Assembly (NCBI GenBank): GCA_002269645.1
Contig: NIVC01004536.1
Coordinates: 34,579-77,442, forward strand
Origin: Macrostomum lignano
Taxonomy: Eukaryota
Direction: 5' to 3'
DNA length: 42,864 bases
Part shown: positions 25,970 through 37,189 of the stretch, piece after piece
Position numbering within the stretch: position 1 is the stretch's first letter
How the letters are laid out: each line of letters begins with the position of its first letter
Made by a program: the position numbers and the translations under genes
The notes under the pieces: model-generated
Told to the model about the DNA's origin: nothing
The model's input: the letters and a program-made list of their open reading frames with translations, nothing else
Database searches by the model: none

Positions 25970-28900
25970 TCAAAAGCGGCTGCTTTCAACTCCACCGTCT
26001 TCATCAGCAACTTCACCGCCATTGTTGGCATCGTCTTTCATCGATGGCGGCGCTGTTGGCAGCTCCGGTACGGCGTACGCAGCCCCGGGGCCGTCGTGTC
26101 CGCTGGCGCCCCTGTCAGAGCTGCCGCGCCGCTGTTTGTCCCCAGCGCAGAACTGCTTCAGCGTTAGAATTACGTAGACTGACAGCTCGATCAGCTCGCA
26201 CACGGTCAGAATGGAGACGCCGCACCAGAGGCCCAGGATGCCTGTGTTCGAGCCGTTGAATGCAGGTGCTAGGATATACTTTTATCGCTGTTTTCTCAGC
26301 TAATAATCTAATAATAATCTCAGGAGGGCTGTTAGCACCCATGGGCGAAAGCATAGCCTAGTGGTCTAGTGGTTTTGGCTGGATTCCAAGTGCAGTCAAA
26401 TTAATTTCTGCTCGTGCAATGAACGGCCTTGATGGCCAACCCCCCAAGGCGCAGTGAAGTGTAGGTGCCTAAAGATATGAATAACGTTAGCGCCGCTGTA
26501 CACTCCTGTGTGAGTGTGTGCCTGTGCGTATGACTGCGTACGTATCCGCGCGCTTGTGTGCCTGCTCGGGGGAGTCGGCGGAATGGGCAGCAATGCCTCT
26601 CACCAGGGTTGTGACAATGTCGCTTAAGTGCTCCAGGGTGCACACAGGCCCTGTCTCTAACCAAGATTGGCACCCAGGGGCACCGCCTTTGGTGACACCG
26701 TCCCATGACCAGGGGTGAGGTAAGGTACAATAATTCTGCCCATCCCGCTGACGCCGACAGGCACTTGCCCTGACTTTCACATCATCAGGCATGTACTCTC
26801 TTTGTGCCCTTGGGGGTTGGCCACGATCGGTGTGAATCGCACAACGACCTCTCCGGCCAATTTTTTTTTGTACTTCCTTTAGGCGAATTGATCAGATTTA
26901 TGAAACTACGTAATTAGAAACATATATACAGAAGAGTTACTGAAACTCTTGTATCCAGGCAATATCTGCGAAATTACGTACTATAACTGTGTTGCGAAAC
27001 TGTGGAAAGTAAATTTAAGCGCTCACCGCCCATGTCCGCCAGCAAGTTCTTAATTGGATAGGCCTCTTCCTCCAGGATGTCTTCGCCAAACATTTGAGCC
27101 GACGAGACCGACACCATGGCCAGCTGGTCCTGCAGCGTGAGCAGCTGGTAGTCGAAGTTCATGAGTTCAGTTATGTTTTCGCTCAAACTCCGGTACCGAA
27201 GATAGGTCGAATAGATGACACCCGGACCTCTTAGAGACTTTACTCGATTCGGATAGCCGTAGGTTTTGGCCAGATTTCTTAAGAAACCCTCCGACACCTG
27301 CCTCCGAACGTTCGGCCAGGGAAAAGAGTTCTGGCTGACCGTGTACTTTCTTGTCTCGCAAGGCGGCATGCAATGGTCCCGAGCTTCAACTCGGTAAGTC
27401 TTCACCCTCTTCTTCTGTTGGATGAAGCATTGGTCAGTTTTGTACAAATTTTCTATGTCTGTTGAGTTGAAGCAGATGGGATATTTGGCAAATAGCTGCT
27501 CAGGAATGGGTAGGAAAGTCGGCAGACAGCGGCAGTTTTCGGCGAATCTGCGCAGCACGTACTCATTGAGGCAGTCCTCCTGGGTGCTTGTCTGGAACGT
27601 CACTTTCTGCTTTGTTGAGCTCCTAAAAATAATATTGTTGCCAAGTTGCTCCATGCGAGTTTACACTGTTGGGGTGATACAGCAGAAGTACACGCAGACA
27701 ACGACACTTACTTCATGCCGTTATAGCTAATAACCAGTTGCTTCATCAAGTCAATCTTAGCAGTCCAATTTTCTGCATTTTCAACAGCCCAAAAGGTGGT
27801 TTCCATCAAGGCCCTAAAAAGTTTTGCTACAAGTTAAAAAATTACATCGGAATCAATCTCTTGAAACAGCTCGAAATGCTTACGTCACATTTGATGGCAG
27901 GCCAGCAGGCTTCCAATAGTCTAGAACGTACGTGACAGGCGGTGCGGCCTTGCTGCACTCCAGCGATGGCTTTGATAGTCGGGTTGTCCTGTCGAGACGC
28001 ACCTTGAATTCCGACTTTTGAGACTTGACAACTCCAAAGGCTTGCGATATCCATGGAAACGTGCCGTTTGGTACGATGACCACCTGCATTTATTGCGTTT
28101 GTTCTCGGCTTAGTTTGGCTAACAATAATATTCGCTTAATTTGATATTATAACTGTGATTAGGTCATTACGTCAAAAGCACGGTTGCCTGCTCTGCTTGA
28201 ATCGCCCAGCTCGTTCAAGATCGCCTTCGACGCGTCTTGCGCCTGCTCTGGACCGATGCCGTCGGAATCGGTGGCGTCGGTGAACAGCTGAACAGCCAGG
28301 CTGGCTTCTTTCAGTTCTGGCAGGCTCAAACCTGTAATAAATGGCTCTTTCATGAACTTATAACAGACACCGCTCTCTGGGTGTAAGACCTCCTGAAAAT
28401 GGTTGGCTGTGCACTGCCAGCCGTAGAAGTCGCAGTCAATCAAGCTGACGTCGAGGCTGGGACCAAACTGGCGAGCCAGTTCGGCTGTTCCAATGTTGTT
28501 TCTGACGATGCCAGGGACGCTGGGACTGGTCTCCACTGAAGTGAGTGAGTAGAAATTAATGTCTCGGTGCATTCTCCGGCCCGCGGGTGACATGCAACCC
28601 CGCAGAGCCTCTCTATCCGGCCCTCGGGTCCTTTGAAACTTCAAAATAGCAATCCGGCCCGCTCAAGGTTGATGTCTCTTCTCTTCTCTCCCTCTCTCTC
28701 TTTTCCCTCCTCTCTCACCTTCTCTCCCCCTCTCCTCTCTCCTCTCTCCTCTCTCCTCTCTCTACTCTCTTCTCTCTAACCTCTCCCCTCCCTCCCCTCC
28801 CCTCTCTCCACTCTCATGTCTCTACCCTCTCCTCTCTCCACTCTCCTCTTCTATTATCTTCTATCCTTTCTCTAATCTCTCTTCTCTCTTCTCTCATCTC

Positions 28901-31900
28901 TCATCTTCCATCCCATCTTCTTTCCACTCTCATTGAGGCAAAACAGTTTGCTGACCCCTGGTGTAGTATTTCCAAATTTTGACTGAATTTACCTTTTGAA
29001 CTAAAGTTGAACAAACATATTTGTTAGTGCAGATGTAATCAAAGTAAGGTTTTTAGACACAGTTGGCGACCTCACCGCAGGATTCGATAGCGCAAGTCTC
29101 AAAGTGAATTTCACTGTCTTCCTCGTTAACATAGAAACATCCGGGAACCAACGACGAGATTAGTGTGCTTCGGCTGGGTTGATGGGGAGTTTTTGAATTT
29201 GTAGCTCGTACAGGAATCCAAGCTGGATAATAATTATCACAGGTATTTCATTGAAAAAAATTAGCTGGGGAGCTTACCTGGAGCCAACCCGGTTCGTGCC
29301 AGTCTCATCGTAGTAAGTGGCATCGTACAGGACGTGGGCCGCTCTGCAGTAGTTCGTGCGATTGCTTATCGCGTAGTCAGTCGTCAAGATGATCATCTGA
29401 TCGATTGAGTAGTCTGGGCAAAATATGACAATTTTAGTTGTATTGATGATTGATAAATTTTTATATTGGTTTTTTGACAACGGCACTGAAAAACTCACAT
29501 CGGAATGGAAAATTCCAAGAAATCAAATCTGAGTTTGCCAGGCTAAGCGTCCGCTTGGCTATGGCAGTCTTCACGTCGTCCCACACCATGCACTCCCGAC
29601 CGGAGTTGGTATAATTCAGGTTGCCTGTGTACTTTGCTGACTGCTTCTCCGCGACGTCGCCGGAGCTGCGCACCACGCAGTCGTAGGTTCCCGAGGCGGC
29701 TGCGGATGAAGCAATGAGAAAGTTAAATTTGCAGATAGGCGAAAGCATATGAGCGAAACTTGTTTTTAGTCTGAAGGACCTTAGCAACTGGGATGATTTT
29801 TTTTATTAGAGGCCGGGGGGTTGTGTGCACCCTGGCGCACTTTAAGCGACATCAACACACAACCGGCGAGAGGCATTACTGCCCATTCCGCCGACTCCCC
29901 TGAGCAGGCACACAAGCGCGCGGATACGTACGCAGGCCCACACTCACACAGGAGTGTACAGCGGCCCTAACTTTATTTATCGTTAGGCATGTACACTTCA
30001 CTGTGCCTTGGGGGGTTGGCCCTCGAGGCCGTTAATTGCACGAGCAGAGCCAAGCTGAGATTCCAATTTAGTCCCAGATTATTGTGACTGCACTTGGAAT
30101 CGAGCCTGGGCCGCTGGCACACGAGAGCAGCTGCGCCAGACCACTGGACTACGGCCCCTCATTAGAGCAAGCTCAGATAACGCAATGCCGCATACAGCAG
30201 AACGGGATGTTGCAGTAGGACAGCGCCAGTCCATTGTGCGTATCATTGTAGAAACAGTACGGCCCAATCAGATAGTCGGCCAGGAAGCCTCCGTAGGACG
30301 CGAATACAGGCAAGTCGGCTGAAAAAAGAAAGTCAATTATGATTAAAGTAGAGGGCCAGGGAAACTTTGTTTCTTAGATAATATAAGCAAAAATTATACG
30401 ACAGTAGTAGATACGTAATACAGCTTCATTGATTTGGGAACTTTATTTATGGAATAGAATTTAGGAAGAATGGAATTAGCAGGCACTGTAGAGTTGGTAG
30501 AGGTCCCTCCTGTGCCTTCCTTCCTGTGCCTTCCCTCCTGTGCCTTCCCTCCTGTGCCTTCCCTCCTGTGCCTTCCCTCCTGTGCCTTCCCTCCTGTGCC
30601 TTCCCTCCTGTGCCTGTGCCTTCCCTCCTGTGCCTTCCCTCCTGTGCCTTCCCTCCTGTGCCTTCTCTCATGTGCCTTACCTCCTGTGCATGTGCCTTCT
30701 CTCAGTGCCTTACCTCCTGTGCCTTCCCTCCTGTGCCTTCCGTTCTTGCCCTTAACTTAGGCACCGTGCCGAAATGAAGGGCTCGAGAAAGAGTCTACAG
30801 AGGCGAGAGATTATGCAACCGCGCCGCTTTTAATATGCAAGACAAGGCTCCCTCACCCGTGGGCCGGATCTGCTTCACGCTCATGTACAAGCCGTCTCCT
30901 CCGCAGGTTTCATCCGCATCCGCGGCCTGTCCGGGACACGAGTACTTGCAGTTACTCGAGTCTGCCGTGTTACCAGGCACAATTCTGTTACTGCAGAAGC
31001 AATCATAGTACTGCAACCCGTAGTACTTGAAGTTGTTTTTGAAGCAGCATTCGGTGCACTTTTCGACGTTCATAGTGGGAATCTGGCCGCCGAAGCAGCT
31101 CACAAAAAGTCTGTCCGATGCGCTGTCCTGATAGCAGATTGGATCCTTGTCTAGGTTGATCAGGTAGGCTGAAATTCATTCGATCAGATATAAGCGTGTT
31201 ATAGCAGTGAATAGAAGTAACCAACTCCAGTAAGAAACGCTATTATGATACGAAACAAGCGCATTTCATTTTTGCGCTGGTCTTCAACAGTGTACGAAAC
31301 ACCGGATGGCCAAGAGTTCACAACAACTGCATTGAAATGTAAACCTACGCCTTCGGCGACATCATCCCACAACCAGCACTTTGGCAGTCTCTCATACGAG
31401 CTACACACGCTCACACAGGGTGTACAGCGGGCTTCTGACTTTTCAACCGTCAGGCAGGTACGCTCTCTGTGCCTTGGGGGTTGGCCCTGACGGCTGTGAA
31501 TCGCATGAAAACCCGCCGGCCAATTTTCGTGCACAAGTACCAAATAAATTTGTTTGCGCACGGGAATCGAACCAGGGGTCGTGGCGCGAGAGTTAGACAC
31601 AATTTTCGCTGAGTAACTCCGCTCTATTGCGCTGCTTTTAATAGCATATTTTACCAATTCTGGCTCTGGTTAGTACAAGAAAATAACATTTCATAACCTG
31701 AAACTTTCGTATCTGGGAAATGAATTTCATAAAGAAAAAACCGTCAATACTTTGAGTGAGCGAGCGTTCCTGGCATGAGCAGACAGCCCCAGAAACTCAC
31801 TGGTGAAATTGTCGAATTCCTCCAGCGGCAGGCCAGGTGGAGTCCGGCACCTGGCGTCATTATTTGAGAAATTATAGGACAGAATCTTGTCCGACATGTT

Positions 31901-34214
31901 CTTGAGGCCGGCCTCTGCAAGCAGACGGGCGGCCTCGTTCCATGGCATGCAGGGCAGCTCCGTGACGTAGTTCGGCTGCGTCAGATTGCTTGGTGGCAGT
32001 GTCAGCCTCAGGCTGTTGCCGAACACGGGCACCGAGCTCTTGTCTCCGGTGTATTCGGTTCCGTCCAGGGTAAAGCGACACTCGCTGGTGTTTCCCGCTG
32101 AAAGACAAAACGTGGGAAATTATGGTGTAGTAGCTTTTCTCCTGCACTTCTTTCCTTCTTTGTAGTGTACCGGCATTCTTGCATTGTAATGAATAGAATG
32201 AAGTGCATGGGATGATTCCTGAATTAATTAGGAGAAAGCACTTTTAAAATTCGAAGCATTCTAATTGCTTCAAATGAATGCACCGTCATGCATCTAGCTT
32301 AAATATTGATTTTACAGCAACAGCAACAAGAGACGCAACCCAGAGAAGCAAAGTCAAGCGGCCAGGGTGCGTCAGACGGCGTCGCAAAGCAGGCAGTCTC
32401 CGCGTATCGACGGGTTCGGGCCTGGCCCCGCCTAAATGGGCCCTGGAAGGGGAGCAATAGAATGTAGAGGCTGGGGGCAGCAGCAGGATCACGTGACCCG
32501 CCAGTCATCGCCCGCGCAGGATGTTGGGACGGGCGTCGAGAAATACCTTGAGTTACGGCACTTACAGACCCATCCGCACCCTCTGCAAACTAAAGAACTC
32601 GTTTTCACTATCAAGATTCAACTAGTGCCTTGTTAGTTGGCTACGTATTTTGCTAGGAGGGCTTTGAACACTGCCTCCCATTCCACTGACCTAGAGCATG
32701 CCCACGCACACGGATACGTAAACGATTTTCACATCACCAGGCAATGAACAAAAAGTCGCAGGTCAAGACTCAATTTCTGTGCATTTTGTGTCTCAAATAA
32801 TTGCGAACCCTTACTGAGTGTGCTACTGGTCTTAAACAATGCATCTTATTAACACTTTAGTCTTAACCAGGGGATTCGTTACCGGGGGGGGGGACATTAC
32901 AATATCTTGTCCCCCCGTCCCACCTTGTGAACCGTTATCTGAAATCAGTAAGTTTGCGTTCAAAGCGCCAAAATTAGTGCTAAAAACGCCATGTAATTCC
33001 CCCCACCTGTGCCTCGAGTATTTATAACTCAAACATTAACTTGTCCCTCAGAATGAGTTTCCTCACCGATGCCTTTGTTGTTGAGCTTGGGCATCAGAGC
33101 AGCTTCCACAGAATACACCATTCTAGCGAATGCGTACATTGGCGTGCTCAGGTAGACGTCGGATTCCTTGAAGTAGCTCAGCCTGGCCTGGCAGGTGGTG
33201 TTGCAGTCTTTCTTCAGTCCGCGCAACTTCGGCATGTCATCCTTGAGCTTGAATGGTTCGTAGGCCTTACTCATCGCGATCGGATTCTTCGGGCAGATGT
33301 ACACATCCGGGAACTCGTACGGCAGCGAGGTGGCCAGGCTTGTGAGCAACGGCGTGCTGGTGAATCTGTGAGTAGATTGGAATTCAGCCGAATGAAATCG
33401 GACGCACGGGCTACTTGATATTTGTTTAACTGAACAAACGGTTAAAGCAATCTTGATATTATCTACATCGTCAACGGATTTGTTTAACTGATCAAACGGA
33501 TAAGTGGATGACTCATCGTCAATGCTTCTTAGTTGATATTTGTTTAATGAAGTTGTTTATGTTGAATAATGTACTAATGACGTTTGTATATCGTATAAAT
33601 TTCTTTCAATCCAAAGCTAAAACTGAGGGCTATGGGCACCCTGACGCATCGCTCTCAGCGAAATTGTCCCACAGCCAGCGGCAATTCTGCCTTTTCTGCT
33701 GACTCCTGAGCACATGCAAGCCCGCCAATACTGTACGTAGGAATGAACTCATACACGATCTCTTCAGGGTGTACAGCAGCCTTAATCTTCTAATCGTCAG
33801 GCATTAGAAGATTATCTGTACACTCTCTGTGCCTTGGGGGAATTGCACGACAACCCGCTCGCCTCCCCGCTGAGTCTTCAGACCGCCCTGCAGCTATATA
33901 AGTCAGGTAAGACAAGTCAACTCTGGGCTGGCCCTCAAGGCTGTGAACCCTTCGGCCAATTTTCATTGCCCCAAATGAATTCACCTGTCAATCAAGGTGA
34001 ACAGGTGGTAAGCGAAGCCGCCATAAGTGCCGAGCAGAAAGGCGATCCAGATTGTGCGGCCAAAGGCCGTCGACTGGGCGGCGAAGCGTCCCAGGCCGTG
34101 GGCGGTGGTGTACTGGGCGAATTCGCGGAACGAATTGGCGATGCCGAAGCCGCCAGCCTCTGCTTCTGCTGTACCGCTTGCGTCTGCGGCGCTCTGCTTC
34201 TCAGTGTCTGCCAT
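25970..34214 (-). CDS. DEG/ENaC channel subunit, paralog B, with kringle-WSC-kringle extracellular insert; 12 exons, 1042 aa
   Basis: Exons 5' to 3': 34214-33985, 33365-33067, 32097-31801, 31168-30857, 30318-30196, 29699-29499, 29413-29278, 29173-29076, 28535-28171, 28083-27884, 27622-27027, 26241-25970. All junctions are GT-AG and phase-compatible, giving 3129 nt. Shows TTAHGLGR, TM1, FPDVYICPKN, CDFYGWQC, thumb cysteines, WPN, and LLADMGGILGLWCGVSILTVCE with a G-V-S filter. Confidence 0.92.
26352..26646 (+). mobile_element. tRNA-headed SINE, family 2, copy 2
   Basis: TAGCCTAGTGGTCTAGTGG (A-box-like) followed by GATTCCAAGTGCAGTCA. The body is the reverse complement of copies 1 and 3. Confidence 0.7.
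28565..28960 (+). mobile_element. hAT/Charlie (MER58-like) non-autonomous element with an internal CT-rich tract
   Basis: Right TIR GTTTGCTGACCCCTG (28946-28960) and CCGGCCC subterminal motifs. It is homologous to the copy at 22840-23080, which starts with CAGAGGTCGGCAAAC. Confidence 0.6.
29076..29699 (-). other. Paralog B exons 6-8: kringle-2
   Basis: YDC...KYTGNLNYTNSGRECMVW, TNYCRA and VPGCFYVNEEDSEIHFETCAIESC supply six cysteines in kringle order. Confidence 0.85.
29826..30158 (-). mobile_element. tRNA-headed SINE, family 2, copy 3
   Basis: Colinear with 20606-20944 over ~330 nt; head GGGGCCGTAGTCCAGTGGTCTGG...GGCTCGATTCC. Confidence 0.78.
30196..30318 (-). other. Paralog B exon 5: kringle-1 C-terminal half
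   Basis: Hand translation DLPVFASYGGFLADYLIGPYCFYNDTHNGLALSYCNIPFC, with a strong (t)7cag acceptor and gtatgc donor; 123 nt, phase 1-1. Confidence 0.82.
30505..30740 (+). repeat. 14-bp minisatellite (CTCCTGTGCCTTCC) in paralog B intron 4
   Basis: About 16 units. Confidence 0.95.
30857..31168 (-). other. Paralog B exon 4: WSC domain
   Basis: PICYQDSASDRLF...MNVEKCTECCFKNNFKYYGLQYYDCFCSN...NCKYSCPG...TCGGDG. The exon is 312 nt, phase 1-1. Confidence 0.9.
31395..31620 (-). mobile_element. Related SINE copy (partial)
   Basis: B-box GGTTCGATTCCC on the minus strand and the shared body motif GGTGTACAGCGG...CTGTGCCTTGGGGGTTGGCCCT. Shorter relics of this body also occur at ~1065-1105, ~26760-26860 and ~33740-33965. 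Confidence 0.6.
31801..32097 (-). other. Paralog B exon 3: kringle-1 N-terminal half
   Basis: ECRFTLDGTEYTGDKS...PCMPWN...DARCR. The exon is 297 nt, phase 1-1, the same length as in paralog A. Confidence 0.72.
32362..32460 (-). mobile_element. Short 3' fragment of the same RTE family (intron of paralog B)
   Basis: The reverse strand encodes LLPFQGPFRRGQARTRRY and is near-identical to ~21790-21860. Confidence 0.7.
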
Positions 34215-34246
34215 GCCTGCTGATTGAGGGGAAATGCCTGTCTTAG

Positions 34247-35294
<1,048 letters not shown>

Positions 35295-36293
35295 CATTTG
35301 TGATTCTAATTAGTGCTCGAGAGCACACTATACTGTTTATTTGAGCAGAATGGATCAAATTCATTAGGTATTGACAGGTGTGTCACTTCTGTTACCTCTG
35401 ATGTGTCTGTTGGGTTTCAGTTTGATGAATGACAGCTGAAAATGATTCCCCAGCTATGCAACTCGTTAGAAACTGTGAGTCGCAATTAAAACTTTTCAGC
35501 AATTAATATCCACTTATTCCGAAAAAATGGAAAACCTCGTGGTTGAATTTTTGGATGAGGCCAGAATAGGATGAGGGCACCTGTTATGCTGTTTGTAGGG
35601 GTTTAGTATTCTTACAAATTTATGAAGACATTGTAAGGTTCATAAAGGAGCACCAGTACAGTGGTGCTTAGAGAGACGATGCCAGATGAGAAGTTCTAAA
35701 GTGCCTAGAGAATGGGCCTAAAGTACACAGAAGATGTGTCGTGAGGTGTGCAGAAGATTTGAGGTGTCGTGACATAAGTATGTAGGAAGGAATGAAGTTA
35801 GCAAAGGTATTCTAGCAAGTGTTGAAACAAGCTCACCTATTGCAGCAGGGGAGCCACTTTGCCAAAAATTCCGGTGGGCAAAAGATCCATCATCTCTTCC
35901 TCGCAGCTTCCTTTTATCAACGTGTGGGACAGCGAGTGCTTGGATAGGGCGATTCAATTAACAATTGCAGCTGGAATAATCCGCTTGGCTCCACCCCAGA
36001 GACTGGAACTCTGTTTAGGCAGTGGGGGGAGGGCATACCTGCAGCAGGTTGTTTTGACAATTGATGAGCTCCAGTCTAAACCCCGCTCAGGGAACACAGG
36101 AGATATGGAAGTGACAACTCAACCCACCCCCCACAAAATGGGACCCAGTCGAACCAACCCGGGACAATTTGTTTAAAAGATTACTTGGCTTGCTTAATTT
36201 CCAAAAACTGCAGTACCGATAAATAGTCTCGTTTTGAAGCTGAAGAAATTCTTCATTGGAATATGAGCAGAAGTTCAGTGTGTATGTGCTAGA

Positions 36294-36685
36294 CCCTTGG
36301 TGCTGGCGCCCCTTGGTGCTGGCGCCCCTTGGTGCTGGCGCCCCTTGGTGCTGGCGCCCCTTGGTGCTGGCGCCCCTTGGTGCTGGCGCCCCTTGGTGCT
36401 GGCGCCCCTTGGTGCTGGCGCCCCTTGGTGCTGGCGCCCCTTGGTGCTGGCGCCCCTTGGTGCTGGCGCCCCTTGGTGCTGGCGCCCCTTGATGCTGGCG
36501 CCCCTTGGTGCTGGCGCCCCTTGGTGCTGGCGCCCCTTGGTGCTGGCGCCCCTTGATGCTGGCGCCCCTTGGTGCTGGCGCCCCTTGGTGCTGGCGCCCC
36601 TTGGTGCTGGCGCCCCTTGGTGCTGGCGCCCCTTGGTGCTGGCGCCCCTTGGCGCTGGCCCCCCTTGGCGCTGGCCCTTCTTGGT
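36294..36685 (+). repeat. 16-bp minisatellite (CCCCTTGGTGCTGGCG)
   Basis: About 24 near-identical units. Confidence 0.97.
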
Positions 36686-37189
36686 GCTCCTCCTGCCTTT
36701 CTTGACTTCTGCGCACGTTAACTCTTAACTCTACACGTTAAGACAAGACACTAGACGCTAGGTTGCTAGCGAATAATGTTTTAGTATTCCTTTCTGAAAC
36801 GCTCCGCACTCCTCACAAGTAGACGTCAGCGAATATTGCGCTCCATTTGTCCGACAGACCAGTTATCTCTCTCTCTCTTTTGCATTTTTTATCCAATCCT
36901 CTTCAGTCTAGAAATTCAAATTTAAAACGCAATAAAATTCTTGATGCATTATATTTCAGTTAGCTCTCGAGTCTTGCAGAAAGTATACTGTACGCTGCAA
37001 CAAACGGCGACATAGTGAACAAAATACAATTACAGCTTCCAGCATGAGTACTGACAGTACTGAACAGGGTGATGCGTTACAAAGTTTGTTATAATTAAAT
37101 ACACAAATTACTTCAAGTAAACAACTCCAAGTTTCAAATTGTGATGCAAACGGTCTTCTGAATCATTAATAATATAGGTCACTAAAGTC

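Noticed and set aside
25970-26100. Nedd4-binding PY motif in the paralog B tail
   Set aside because: YAVPELPTAPPS is Pro-rich but contains no PPxY or LPxY.
35400-36290. Possible upstream exons or transposase upstream of paralog B
   Set aside because: All frames are interrupted and no recognisable motif or compatible splice pair was found.
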